From the NCBI GenBank assembly GCA_951406725.2, contig OX597825.1, positions 88,226,001-88,290,000 on the forward strand: a stretch of 64,000 nt of DNA, in the 5' to 3' direction. The stretch comes from Octopus vulgaris (Eukaryota). Both the position numbers and the translations under genes were made by a program. The notes under the pieces are model-generated. The model did no database searches and was not told where the DNA came from. It was given only the letters and a program-made list of their open reading frames with translations. Of the stretch, positions 1 to 15,180 are shown piece by piece (position 1 is the stretch's first letter; each line of letters begins with the position of its first letter).

Positions 1-3000
1 GAAAAAAAGACGCACACCTACATGGATACGCACGCTTACACACACACACAAACGTACACACACAAAAATGTACACACACATAGATCTAAAATACTATATA
101 TTTAAACAATATTCTTTTATGTAGAATATATAATCAAAGGGCATTCACTTTTCCCCAAACAGTACAACACCGCCACAACAACAACATCAACAACTACTTC
201 TACTACTACAACTACTACTACTGCTTGTTTAGAGTGTTGTGATGCTAATGTCATTAATACGACCAGAATTGTGATGATGATTTGAAATAAGAGAACGGAT
301 TTTTGCATATGGGAAAATACGAGAGTTTGAAGACGATATGAAATGAAGACAATCATGGAAGCGAAATGCCGGTGACAAGTGATGGGATAGCAATGACAAT
401 ACGACTAATGTAGCACAGCTGTTGCTAAATAACAATCGGTTATATCGCTATTATTCATGTCTGCATTTGAGAGCCACTTGCCTTGACAACAAGCGTTAAG
501 TAAGTGAAGTGATATAAAAGTAGGCGAGTGACCTTTCGCGGTAAATAGACCAAATGCCCCATCAATTAAAGCGGCATCGGTAATGCTTCTATCTATCTTC
601 CATATACATTCATATGCGTGTGAGAGTGAGTATGCTTGTGTGCATCCGTGGGTCTGTACATGTATGTATGAACATGTGTGTGAGAGAGCCTCCTTGCCCA
701 TATTTCAGTTTGTATGATTGATTCTGTCTGGAATTGTAGAATTTCTTTGAGCCTCGGGTGTAGACCATTATGTCGGCGCAGACACTGATGCAATGCTTCA
801 CTCACAAAGTTAATTGAATCAATATAATTGCATTTATCATTCTATTATCACCACCTCACCTTCAACACCTTCACCACCAGAAACCCAATCGAACCCTCAC
901 CACCACCACCATCACCACTACCATGATCATCATAATCATCATCATCATCATTTGTAATTACTGACATTATAAAATCCAGATATGTAGTCGTTATCGTCGT
1001 TCCAATCATCCTCGTTATTACTGTAACATTAGTAAAGATTAGCTCTTGATCACTACCACCAGGCGAAAGAAGAGTGACGCATTGTTTCAGCGTATCATGG
1101 GGCCCAGCGTGGAGCGATTGCAGCCGGGTAAGAAAGTCATACATCCTAGACCAAAGCGAATTGCGAGCGAATGAGAGTTTCTCACACACAGGGTAGAAAA
1201 GAGCTAGAGAAGAGCAACTGGATGGAATGGTCATCAATAATTACCTCCACAGACCAATGCTAGTTTCGTTCGAAACGTCATAAGCTAACAAAGGAATATA
1301 CATACATATATACATATATACATGTATATATATATATATATGTATACATATATATATATTTATATATATATATATATACATTCCTATATGTATACGTGAC
1401 ACACATTTCATAACCGTCATCACGTAATGGACACTTAGCTAACACTGTATTTTCACAGTTCAACATCGTCTCACGTCTTACAAAATTTTGTACGATGCTT
1501 CCTGATCGCAATGCAAAAACTCTCAGGAAATCATTTAAAATCTATGGCAATATTTTCTAATAACTCGAAGCATAGTATTTGTTACTACATTTAAAGCCTG
1601 ATGCAGTTAGATGGGTTGCCCATCCAATGTTTCCACCATAAATCCATCTGCCTCTCCTTTCACCTTTTTTTGTTTTAACTATTGAAATTACAAGTGCCAG
1701 TGTTGCTGCAGGTATGAGCTGGCCTCTCGTTAGCACACTTGGAACGAATGTTCTCCTACATCGCAGTTCTAATACTCCACACCGGAACACAGAGTTCTCC
1801 GTTGAGGGCCTTCCTGTTTTACAGTGTTATTATCGATGATGCTTTCGAACCTATTCAATGAATTATGGTTGCCTTATTTTATCCAAACGTTTAGTATGTA
1901 AATGTTTCCGTATTTGATACCCCTTAAACACTCCCCTCGAGGTTTTCAATTCTAACCAAATCCTGTGTAGCATTTAGATAAATGGAAATTTCTAAATCTT
2001 TGTGATCCGCACATGTGGCAGCAGTGACTGTAAGTCTTTTCATTACTTGCGTTAGAAGTCTCTCCTTCAAGACTGACCTAAAAGACATATAAACAATACA
2101 AGCGGTTGGGAAAGAGTAGTATACTAACGATGTTGTGCCCTCAAATACCATTGACACACTAGTGTTTGACATTATAGGATCAGTACAAACTGCTAAAGTT
2201 CCACTGTTGACAGGAAAATCCCCGGAAAATGTATTCTCCAAATCCATTAATTGTACTCGACATCACAGCACCGCGACTTTTGCAACGTCAATTCCCCTCA
2301 TTAGACACTTTAATGTTACTTAATACTAAATATCATACTGGTATGATCATACGGAATGAATACGGCATAGGAAATGGTTAAAACGTTAGAAGTTAGGTTA
2401 ATTAGAGATGGTTTATGGCAATAACAGCGAAGCAATATTATTATATTAGCACATAGCATATATTCACATTAATAATCATCGAAAATTGTACATGTAATGT
2501 ATTGCAGTGCCATCGTGTTTCAGTGCATTTGTCGTCATGCTGGCAGACGCATCTAATGCGAGTTCCATTAGGCTCTTCTCTCTTGTTTTAATAACAATTT
2601 TATAACAACATTTTTACTGAGCTACAAAGTAATGTCCATCACAATCAGAAAGACATTTAAATATTTTCTATATATTAAAACTCTACTGCAACTAGAAGAG
2701 TAACATTCACTCAGAATGCAAGCTATACGATTCCTTTTATTGTGTTAAAAGTGATTTCACGCATTTCCCTTTTATTTGTGATATATGTTTCTGGAACCTT
2801 CTATATGGACAGCTAAAGTTTTCACGAGGCAATGGTTTGTGACGGAGGTAACAAAAAAGAAGAAAAGTGTCGTTTTTAGATGCTTAAACACGACAGATTT
2901 AAAGCGGTCACATATTTCACAGCTTTAACCCCAAAGCTGCAAGAGATTAGATTATCAGTGGAGATTGTGGCGTTTCCTTTTTGTTTCATTTTGAAACAGG

Positions 3001-4066
3001 CAATAAGATGTATTCATCACTTCTCATTGTGTGAGACTAAACAATTATTTACACAAAATGAACGAACTGAATTGCCGTTTTACAAAGGGAGATTTCGATT
3101 TATCTGAACGCCCTGTGGGGATAGATATTCATCTTTTTAATGAGATATCTTCTTTCAGCTGAAAAGCTTCTGATTCAGAAAATTCCAATTAAGTTTGAAA
3201 TAAGTAAATACAGTTGAATTTTAAAACAGACTGAATATCTTTTACAATACAGTTAAGTCATGGTAAAAACGCTTTAATGCAGTTACTACAATGGCAACGG
3301 TTTAATCATAAAGCGTATCGTAACGTGATGCTATTAGTATTTGCAGGGATGCCTTTGATCTCATTTAGCAAACTACAACCATTTCCCCTCATATTTGTGT
3401 TAACTACGTTTTTAATGTAATTGGAGTACTCTATTATCTTTCCATCCTGTTTTTTTTTCATATAACTCATAATAAAGACGTTTTTTCTTTCATTATATAT
3501 TATTGCGGCTTCTCAATGGTTGGCTGATCCTTGATGTTCTTGTATCTAGATTCGAGCTGCTCCCATCAGAACGCTTTACACATTCTGCAAATATTTTCAT
3601 GCACTTGATAATTATAAATATCTGTTTGTAAGGTGTTAGTTTGTTCTGAAATTGTTGAATATATCATCCGTATTTTACACTCCTATGGCTGCGCTTTATA
3701 CTTTTAGTCATGTTTAGAAAGCGTCTTTCTATGTTACACGCAAGACAGTCACGTGTGTTCAAAAAAGGCCGTGACACACGCTAAGCGGAAATAAACTTGA
3801 TTCAGGAATCGAAATTCATTTTAAAATTAATTTATAGAGCCAAGATATAATTGGAATTTTCTTTTTCCACGGGAAAATTAAATAAGCAAAAAGCGATGTC
3901 GTTTATCTGCTTTCCTGAAACTGAATAATGAAATATTACACTGATATAGACATTCTCCATTTTAGGCTACAGACACATCTCAATGTTCAGGATATTTTCA
4001 ATATCATGTTGATGTTCAAATATTATGTGCGTGCATATAGCTTATGTGTGCCTGTGTATGTATATA

Positions 4067-4172
<106 letters not shown>

Positions 4173-4175
4173 TTA

Positions 4176-4222
<47 letters not shown>

Positions 4223-4225
4223 TAT

Positions 4226-4675
4226 GAAAAAACAAGTCAAAAATAGAAAATGCTAAAATAATTTTATAGTGAACATTTCAGTACCGGTTTCGGTCATTTT
4301 GAGACCTTTTCAACTGTAACGATTAAATAATTAAATTTAGAAAAATTAGAAGAAAAGTTTTTTTAAAAGAATATTTCTATAGTAGTGTTCAGATTTAAGT
4401 GGCATTCTGCCTTTCTCTGACTCCCTTGTTTGCACTTGTGTGTCGGAGGTCGTTGTGAGTTCTTGGAAGGGTAGTAGAGGAAGAAGGCTGGTGGGGAAAG
4501 GGGGATGGGAGAATCTGGGAGTGCCCTGATGGTCGTATTTTGAATGGTCAGTGGCGGCTGGCAGTCTCAGTTCAATTCAGGAGAATATTTATATTGACAG
4601 GCTTGTTTATAGAATTAGCGAAGGTGTTATACTAAAAAACATTAGTGACAAAGTTAAGGGTTAGGGGGTGGAGAA
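4226..4675 (-). mobile_element. Probable PLE 3' terminus (pseudo-LTR remnant) between microsatellites
   Basis: Contains the hammerhead at 4277-4319; minus-strand translation NILLN*TETASRH resembles the LLN..E...CRH end of PLE endonucleases; ends at (TA)n. Confidence 0.5.
4277..4319 (-). ncRNA. Type-I minimal hammerhead ribozyme candidate with U3-A8 core
   Basis: Minus strand: cag-TTGAAAA-ggtc(tcaaaat)gacc-GAAA-ccgg-TA-ctg; stems I and II pair; palindromic stem III. Confidence 0.7.
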
Positions 4676-4677
4676 GT

Positions 4678-4853
4678 AGAAGAAGAAGAAGAAGAAGAAG
4701 AAGGAGAAGATGACGATGATGGTGGTGGTGGTGATGATTATGACGACGATGATGATGATAATGATGATGATGAAGAAGAAGGAGGAGAAGGAGAAGATGG
4801 TGGTGATGATGGTGGTGATGATGATGACGACGATGATGATGATAATGATGATG
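4678..4853. repeat. (GAA)/(GAT)/(GGT) compound repeat, duplicated as a higher-order unit of about 85 bp
   Basis: gaagaaggag..gatg..atgacgacgatgatgatgataatgatgatg occurs twice. Confidence 0.85.
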
Positions 4854-4894
4854 TTTTTTCATATATATCAACTCGTGTGTTCCTTTTCACCCTT

Positions 4895-5995
<1,101 letters not shown>

Positions 5996-6439
5996 GTGTG
6001 TGTGTATTCATGCCGCACACACATGTATATAGGTACATGTGTACATATGTATATACACATACATACATATATATAGCGGTCAAGTCATTTAATATGTATA
6101 TATATACGTATGTATGTATGTATGTATAATGAGTGACTTGACAGATTGGTAGATGGCAGGATCAGTAGAGACTCTCATAAATAACTTGCGATGCGCTTTC
6201 TCGTACTCTTACGCTCACCGCCCACTTTAAGTTTATCGTACCAAGTTCTATGACTGACAAACTAAATCTGTGACATCTTGCTATCAACATTGGCAGTGTC
6301 CATTCACGCAAACTGTATGTGTTTATGTCTCAACTAGAGATCATTTAACTTAGACATGTTTATAATTATACAGAAAATATTTTATTTAACACTTCGGTGT
6401 TTTTACTAGAATACACTAGACTCAATATATTCGTGGTTA

Positions 6440-6606
6440 CGGGCGAAATGCTTAGCGATATTTCGTCTGCCGCTACGTTCTGAGTTCAAATTCCGTCGAG
6501 GTCGACTTTGCCTTTTCTCCTTTCGTGGTCGATAAATTACTGGTGCCGATCTAATCGATTGGCCCTTTCCTCAAACATTGCGGGCCTTGTGCCTTGAGTA
6601 GAAACG
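6440..6606 (+). mobile_element. 5'-truncated tRNA-derived SINE with 16-bp TSD
   Basis: B-box-like gagttcaaattcc; body gtcgactttgcc..ggtcgataaa shared with other copies in the window; aatatattcgtggtta at 6424-6439 and 6607-6622. Confidence 0.85.
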
Positions 6607-7518
6607 AATATATTCGTGGTTATCTAGGCTACATGGGTATCTATTACCTAACGTGTATCTTTATTCGTTGAAATACGTTTAGATTGAATACTGGTTAATT
6701 TAACTTACAAATAAAGCTAATCCTTAGTTGTGGCTTGTGTTGAAGGCAAATCGGCGCTGGATTTTTCTTATTAGATCTATGTGCATCATATTGACACATT
6801 ATCTTCATGGGACAAAATGTGACTGAGAAATTAAGCAGAGGGTCATGAATTCGTGTGGAACAAAAACATTAAATTTACTTGTCCTGTCAGAGTGATTATG
6901 ACATTCGCAAACTGTAAATATTTCACATCTGATGAGTAAATGTGATTGCATCTTTCAAATAATTGTTGTATTATCTTACATTTTCAACAATCTTTATACG
7001 GTTCTCTCATCACGTCTTTCACTATAGAATTTTTTTGGGTAATTATAGCTAAAGTATGACTAGACTTTTCATTAGACACACATATCTAATGAAAGCAATT
7101 AATTTAAAGGCAACTTCATTTAACATTAATATGCGTTTAATTGTCTTCTAAATTGAATTTACAAATTTAGTTTTTCTTGTGAACATAATCTGAAGGGCAA
7201 CTAATTAAATTTTAATTACAATTAAGAAAGAATATTGCAATTTTCCTCTGCCATTTCTGCTACTATATTTGTTATATGAAACATTTGTTAATTAACGTAC
7301 TGTGCATCTCTCGCTGCAAAAGAAAAGGAGAAATGAGAGGAAATTAAATGCAATTCAATTATATTTAAGCACTTTGAATAATTTAAAATGTTTCGTAAAA
7401 TTATACCACACCCACAAACACAGAGACAGGCATATGCGCACACATGCACACAAAAACACACACGCACGCACAATAAGTGTGTGTGTATATATATACATGC
7501 GCGCACACAGACACACTG

Positions 7519-7556
<38 letters not shown>

Positions 7557-8399
7557 GAACATATACATATTTACACTTGTGCTTTATGGTTTACTCAGTT
7601 CAGGAACAGTAGTGTCAATGATCTTTTACAGGTCACCTGGGACTATTGGCGAAGTTAAAACAGAACTCATTCTTGCTATTTGAGGAGGATGTGTCAGAGA
7701 ATCACTTAATGGCCAACAAATTTATCTGTGACGTTTAGTGCAAATATTTAATGTGGCAGAATGTAAGAATATATTGTTTTCATTGTAAATTATACTGTAC
7801 AATATTTACTATAATTGATTACGTGTTGCTTACGGAACACAATACGGGAAAGAAACAGAATTGAAACATTATATACTATTGATATAATACACGTTTATAC
7901 GAAACTCTGATATATTTTTTTTGGCGGGGGGGATATATATATATATATGCTTATGTGCTGAGTGGTGGTGCTAAACGACGTTGTTCGAAAATATAAGGTA
8001 ACGGATAGTTGGAGAGTATGTTTTCTGAGGGTAAATGGAGGTAGCATTCGGCCTGACCAGATCTGCGTGGTATGTCGGCAAATAAGCGCTACTCTAGCGT
8101 GCTGTTACTCAATGTCTCTCGTTGAGAGATTTGCAAATATCAATTTTCTATTTTATTAGATTAGTGTCATTTCGAAAGCTATATATTTCGAAGAATTTAA
8201 CAGTGCCACCTGTAGCCGAACTGATATCCTGTCCTGATGAAGAAAAATAACCCAGAAATCGCAACACGCAGAGATAGCTTTTTTTGTTTGCTGAATGGCG
8301 ATGATAAACTCCTTTGTTTGAAAACATAAGGGCACAGAGAGTCGTATAGCCAGCTGGAGACGATGTTTCCTGTGACTAAATAACAGTAACTCACATCTT

Positions 8400-9650
8400 A
8401 TTTCCCTTGGTATGATGGAAAATATCAGCTGTCCACGGGCAGCAGACTAAGGTGTCACTTACTTACTGGTCATGCTTCAAGAAGTCTGCGACAAATTCTT
8501 GCAGTTCCAAGCAATGCTTATTTTTGTAGTTGTTCTACCTTCAAACTCGCACCAATCTATTTTAGCCATGTTGGTAGTTGAGTGCTGATACTTCCAAGTG
8601 CACCAATTACAATTGGTATTCCATCTGCTCTCTTCATTGACCACAACCATCGTATATATCCCACTTCAAATCGTCCTACTTGTTTATTTTTTCTTCTTTC
8701 ACATTGATCCTGCTGCCACTGGGGTCAGTGCTACGTCGATTGCCATACATGTTCTTTCTTTTTTATTGACCTCAACAATATCCGTTTTCCGATGTCCGAT
8801 CGGTTGCTCGCACCGGATCATTTCATCCCACAGGATTGGGCAATATTCATTTTCGGTGATTCCTTCTGGTGTTTCTTCGTACCACATCTTTGCTATTTGT
8901 GGGCCTTGATTTCCAGAGAGCTCCCAATCGATCATTATTGCCACATTGTCATGGCGTCTTTTCTATTCGTGTTGTACCTATTTCGGACATTTCGCTAACT
9001 ACATACCATTCCGTTTCACCAATCTCACCACACATTCTGCATTTGTAGCTATCGCTATTCTTGTCTATTGTGCACTTTATAAAGTTGGTCCTTAACGCTT
9101 GTCCCTAAGCTGCGCATATGAGTACTTCTGTCTCTAACTTCACGTCACCCCACCTCATGCATAGCAACGGATCCTCTGTATATGACTTGGTGTTCACATC
9201 TCTTGCAAACTGGCCGTACATTTTTATCCGTCCATGCTTTTTCTTTCCTGTTTCTTGTTCATGTTCTGTTTAAAGTGTTCTTTCGATGCTCAATTTTTAG
9301 TTCTGACGACGTCGGGCTTCTTCGTGTGTTTCAACAGTGGCTCCCCGGCATTTTTTTATATACGACTCTCAGTTGTTTTTTCTCTGCTCCGATACAGTTC
9401 TAGGAACTGATCAAAACAACTTAACTCTTGTCCATGAGCTGCGCATATGAGTGCTTCTGTCTCTAGCTTCAAATGACTTCTCATCCATAGCCACCAGTCC
9501 TGTGTACCTGTCTTGGCGTTCACTTCTCCTGCAAACTGACCATACATTTTCCTCCTTACATTCTTTTCTGTTCTGGGGGTTTATTTATTTAAAAAAATAT
9601 TCTTTCAGTTCGCAATTTTTAATTTTGATGACACCAGACTTCTTCTTATG
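8400..9650 (-). mobile_element. Decayed R4/Dong-like LINE 3' fragments (two adjacent related segments)
   Basis: YGQFA..KLETE.LICAA occurs twice (about 9100-9230 and 9430-9550); KCRMCGEIGET; WYEETPEGITENE..ILWD; KTDIV..AIDVA; LLGTARI. Confidence 0.8.
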
Positions 9651-9733
9651 ATCCAACTATGGCTTCACGATATTTTTTATGCACCACCCTGTTATCATGA
9701 TCATCAACATCATCATCATCATTAAGATGTTAA

Positions 9734-9960
9734 TCTGGCAGACTGATTAGCAAGCTGGACGAGATGCTTTCATCCATCGCTACGTTCCGAGTTCAAATTC
9801 CGCCGAGAGTGACTTTGCCTGTCATCGTTTCGGGGTCGATAAGTTAAGTACCAGTCAATTACTGGGGGACATGTAATCGACTATCCCCTGCCCACAAATT
9901 CCAGGCATTATTCTTATAGTAGAAAGGATTATTATTATCATTATTATTATTATTATTATT
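9734..9960 (+). mobile_element. tRNA-derived SINE with (ATT)n tail
   Basis: gagttcaaattccgccgag..gactttgcc..ggggtcgataa..agtaccagt..tagtagaaaggattatt. Confidence 0.8.
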
Positions 9961-9981
9961 ATTTTATATGTACGTTATAAT

Positions 9982-10035
<54 letters not shown>

Positions 10036-12720
10036 CCATATTTAAAACGTCAGAATGAATAAGGTAACTGTTGACTCGGCAGAATATGAAATCGGTGATT
10101 GACGTATATATATCTTGAACCATGTTTATATAATATATATGTTATTACTGCCAGTGTTTATATATGTTGTTAAGTGTACACTTGGTGTGCAAGTACTGGT
10201 AAGAAATGAAGTTGTATACGATTTAAGTTATGGTGTCATAGAATAAAATACGTAGAGTCAATATTGTATAAATAAATTAATTGGACGTCTGAGAGAGTGG
10301 TTATGATAAGACAAATCAATATTTTGTAAAATATCTGATTTCATTACCGAAGAGGACATGTATGAAAAAGTTCCATGATATTGTGAGAAGATGGTATGAG
10401 GAAATGGAATGTAGGCGTTATAAGTCGAATGGTCTATAAATTAGAGTTAATTAATTAACTTTGAATTAATAGATATATTTGTTAAAGATAAATTATTGGG
10501 TTTGCAGAGATTAATATTGGAATTTGAAGACTTGGGAAAACTTTTATTTGGATTAGTGAGTAATGGTGAAGTTTGCTGTCGCGTGGAAGCCAAAAAGAAG
10601 TAGTTTAAGAATTAAAAAGAATTAGAGGAGATATTTGTAAGTCAGATTAATATGAATGCTCTTAAAATTCTAAAATTAGAATCGAAAATAATGTAGGTGA
10701 TAAATCTAGACAAGAAATTTGAAGATGTAAATACGCCAGCTTTATAAAGAGTTAATTCTCAAAACTCGCACTCAATATATAAATGAAATGTTGCGAATCA
10801 GTTTTTGAGGAAGAGAATATATCTGGAATCTGGTCTATGAAGATTGAATATTTTATTTAGTTATCCACACCACGGACACTTTGACTAATTGCACGACTTT
10901 GTTGCTGTGTGACGTTTCTAATAAGGTTTGCTATAAAGATTATAATATTTCATAACGTGTAGAATTGAACTTGGCAGTATTGACAAAATGAAATAAAATA
11001 TATTTGCATAATCCTTTTTCTGGAAAAGAAAAATATATATTTTTTTAATTCTTCAAAACATTGATAAGATTTTATCATGCCTTGCGTCTGAACATTTATT
11101 TTAAATATAGAGACTTGTTTCATATCTTCCCAACGCTGTAATAAAACTTTATGATTTCCATTTTTCAAGCAATAATTAGAGGCAGGCTACCTAAATCCCG
11201 TCTATTCTAAACTTCGCAATAAATAAAAATGGATAAAAAAAAACCTTCATTAATACAGAATTGTATGCGCTTCATAAACATTATTAATACCATTCTTATT
11301 TCTAATTTTCCGTTTGTATAGGTCAGCTTAACGACTAAAGTACAAATAAAGTGTGTCTACTAACATTCAAACAAAATGCATAAATCATGACTCTATCTTG
11401 TAAATCGCTTTTTTCGATTTATAAATTAATCACATATTTCTCAAGATATAGAAAAAATCTGAAATTTCATCATCGTTTATCATTATTGGTTCGGCGTCAG
11501 AAATGATACATTGTTTTGTAAAATAGCTTTTTCAAGTAAACTGAAAAATTATATAATGCTCTCTTGCCCGTTATGAACTCATACACAGAGGTTTTAGTCA
11601 AGATTTTGGTTGTTGCACAAACACTTTTACACGTAAAGAAACCCAATGGAACAGACATACAGGCAGGCAGACAGACAGACATATATATAAATAGATAGAT
11701 AGGTAGATAGATAGATACACCTGTATCCGATGTTCATAGTAATCTATGATGGAAGAGCACAGAGTTTAACAGGGACGGATATAGGGTAGACATGGAAATG
11801 TCATAACCAGACAAAATGTTTCATAGCTCTTCTCTGGAACGAGGCTATTATAAACAAGCAATAAACATGTATATATGATTCTTTTTGCTTTTTTATGTGA
11901 AGAAATTAATGTAGAAGACAGGTTTCAATGAATGCAAATAATATTCTAAAAAATTCTAAAGAAACACATTTAAAAATAAGAATATCGTTAAATATCGCAT
12001 TACAGGCTGAAACAAAATACAAAAGTATTATTAGGTGTTTCCGTTTAATGAGATATTTTGCATAAATTTAAGGTTTCTGGATGTATAGTAATATGTGGTA
12101 TTTTCAGTAATTTCTGTGAATATTTTGCGATGCAATTGAAGTTATATGCCATAGAACATTCACTAATCATAACGAGTTTTAAAATTTCGTTTAGGAAATT
12201 ACTTCGTCTCATATAATGAAAGACCATAAAGAGGGATGAAATCAACCTAAAATCTTTAGGTATCAGAACATAGAAATATATATTTGAAGACCAAAATGCT
12301 TCAAATGTTCAAAATGGTATTAAAGCGATTTCTAAGCACATTAAAATAAAACCAAAATAGATTTAAATAAACTTGAAGCAAATTAATCAGGTATTTGGAT
12401 TAAAGCTAATACATTTTCATCTTCTTCCGAATTATTTGAACTTAATCAGATTAAATTTATTTCCCTTTTTGGAAGTTAGAAGCACAGTTTAACAAGGAAA
12501 GTTTGGTTCTGGCAATGAAGCAATGGAGTCCATGCCACAAGACATCATTTGAAACGTGCATGCGTGCCTTGAGTAAAGGATTGGGAATCTATTAATGTGG
12601 AACATGTTGCTATGTCAACGACAATATCACCTGTGTGTGAATGCAAAGAGAGGGCTTTACATTTCCTTAACAATAACTGTGCGTTATGAAATGAGAGAGA
12701 AAACGAATATACCAAAGCAA

Positions 12721-12915
12721 AAGGCGGCAGAAACTTTAGCAGAGCGGGTGAAATGTTGTATTTACGTTCTGAGTTCAAATTCCGTCGAGGTATACTTTGT
12801 CTTTCATCATTCTGGGATCAATAAATTAAGTACCAGTTGCATTCTGGGGTAGATTTTATCGTCTAGCCCCCATCCCCCTACATTTGAGATCTTGTGCCTA
12901 GAGTAGAAAAGAATA
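12721..12915 (+). mobile_element. tRNA-derived SINE
   Basis: aaggcggcag start, gagttcaaattcc, agtaccagt, gtgcctagagtagaaa end. Confidence 0.8.
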
Positions 12916-13149
12916 TACTAAACCAAGTGTTGACTAAAACGAATATAGACAAGCAGCGTTACAGAAGCTTTAAGAACATTCACCTTCAGTGGATATACCA
13001 GTGGTTATCAACCAGGCGCCATGTGACCGCTAGAAATAAGAGTCAAAACCTTTATTTGGACCACCAACAAATTTTAACTGAAAACAATAGATTCAACGGT
13101 ACACTAGCAGATCGAATATAAAGCTATACATTTAATGATACAGGTATAT

Positions 13150-14545
13150 ATGTGGACCGGGTTCTGGTTCAACACGGCAGATTCGGATAGCGTTTCAAAG
13201 GGTATATACATGGTTGATCAAAAGTCACCGGACAATAAATCAAAATTCCATATATACCATCTGCAATTCTGTATTGAGTCGAATGGGAAAATGTGTCGCT
13301 CAAGCAAGAATTCAGTTTGAACAGTTTTCATATTTCATATGTAGATAATTTTATTAAATTCATTCAGCAGTTAAGCATAAATAAACCTTGGAATTAAATG
13401 GATTTGATTTACTGTCAGGTGACCTTTGGCCAACCCTGTATATAATATATATATATATCGGCGCCCCCCATCCCCCGGGAATTGTCTTGGGCCATTACTG
13501 CTTATGATAGCACTCTTAATCCCGTGGTTACTCAGAAAGCCACTGTTACTAACTTCTTCCATGGTAGAAAATTATTGTAGGCGATAAAAAATACCCAGGT
13601 GATATCTCATGCTTACGGCAGGAGCTTCTTTCAATACACGCATGGGCTGAATAAACCAGTATGTTTCCAAATTTCAAGCACTGCACTATCACCTCAAACG
13701 CATCGCAGCCTCTATAATATATATACAAGGCCGGAGAGCACTGAAGCCTCAGAGCCACAGTGAATGAGCGTCTTTGGGATGAATATCATTTCCGGTACAC
13801 GTTACCAAGGTGCCAACAAAGTGCAGGTTGAATAGTAAGGTCCTTCTACGTACGAGATCAAGGAGTCATATTGATCCTGTCGATGGGAGTTTTTCTCAGT
13901 CGCCTAGACTCTACTCTCAGCTGTGATCATCACATAGCACAAACACCCGATGATCTCGAGCGGTCCAAGGTAACTACAATAAGAACATTGTAGCAGTGTA
14001 GCAGATGAACTACAGGGAGAAGATATAAAAACTGCAATGCGAAAATGCGTCAGATATATCACAATCTACACATGGAAAGTTCTGGAAGGGTTAGTACCCA
14101 ATTTTGACATCGAGCGTTACTCAAATGCCGAAAATGGTTGACGTTGTATTATACTAAAGTTGCCGTCTATCTTATCTATAGTCAGAACCTAACACTTCAA
14201 TGGCTTACGGTTCAAAGGCCCACGGCACATCAATACCCTATCACAAAAAATTAAGATACACAAGATGAACGTGGATGGCTTCAAGAATTAACGGGACATC
14301 CGTCTATCCACGACACCGGAGGAAACAATGGGCTGGCATGAAGTACAAGTAATGGAAGAAGTGTCAAACGCCCTCAGGCGCCACATGGACCAACAGCAAA
14401 GGGGAAATTCACTCGAAGGAGCGCTGATATGAAACTGCAGCAGCCGGAAAAAATCAGCCAAAGCAGAATATGTAAAAGTACAACAAGACGGTGGTGCACC
14501 AGCATGGCCGCAATGACGTGGCTGAAGAGAAATAAAAAGAAAAGA
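13150..14545 (+). mobile_element. Highly decayed CR1-like LINE
   Basis: VLGPLLLMI near 13485; IYTWKVLEGLVPNF near 14065; FKGP; the same 3' tail as the 43765 copy (ggtgcaccagcatggccgca..gctgaa). The left edge is uncertain. Confidence 0.6.
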
Positions 14546-15084
14546 ATTTACACACAAACACAAACACACAAACACAAACACATGTACATATAACAAGCAA
14601 ATTTGCTAGTTCGAAAATCTCTCTAAGAGATCAAAGTCGTAACGATACTGGGAAGTAAAGTTTATCGCCACTTCACTGTGTATGTTGCAAGATTAGTTGC
14701 TGGTGGTGGGGCAGGTATTTTCTACATGTTGCGAGCTAGAGTGAGATATCGTTATCTCTAGCGGACGAGTATCCACCACCGAGAATGATCAAGAAGACGT
14801 CGAAACTGTAGGTTCAGGCGGTCACATGACTGGAAGAGAGTAGGTTTTCACTACCCTCTTCTCTATATATATCGGGTGCAGATTGCATCGAATTCCAAGA
14901 TAGAGAATGCGTACACTTGGAGGAAAATATACATACATATATACACGCTTGCACATATACACATATATATTTATAAATGTACATGCTTTCGGTGCGAATG
15001 GTTCGGTTGTACGGCGCCGGGTTTTACAATCATCTAAATAATAATAACGGCATTTATACAAGCTTATAGCGATCATCGTGCAAT

Positions 15085-15180
15085 GACTGAGAAGTAGGCT
15101 TCCTATTTGCGTGGGACTCGAATCTGCATTCCTTTGTTAAAGCGACTGTGTTATCATTACACCAGCGAATTAGCCGCCTT
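15085..15180 (-). mobile_element. tRNA-like SINE head
   Basis: aaggcggc..gctggtaatg..gattcgagtccc: A/B-box spacing but no valid tRNA cloverleaf seen. Confidence 0.4.

Noticed and set aside
848-1237. 129-aa minus-strand ORF
   Set aside because: Its C-terminal part derives from (GAT/GGT)n low-complexity sequence, and no domain is recognisable.
8230-8270. CTGATGA...GAAA hammerhead candidate
   Set aside because: Stem II (agaaaaataaccca) does not pair, and there is no stem III or UH site.
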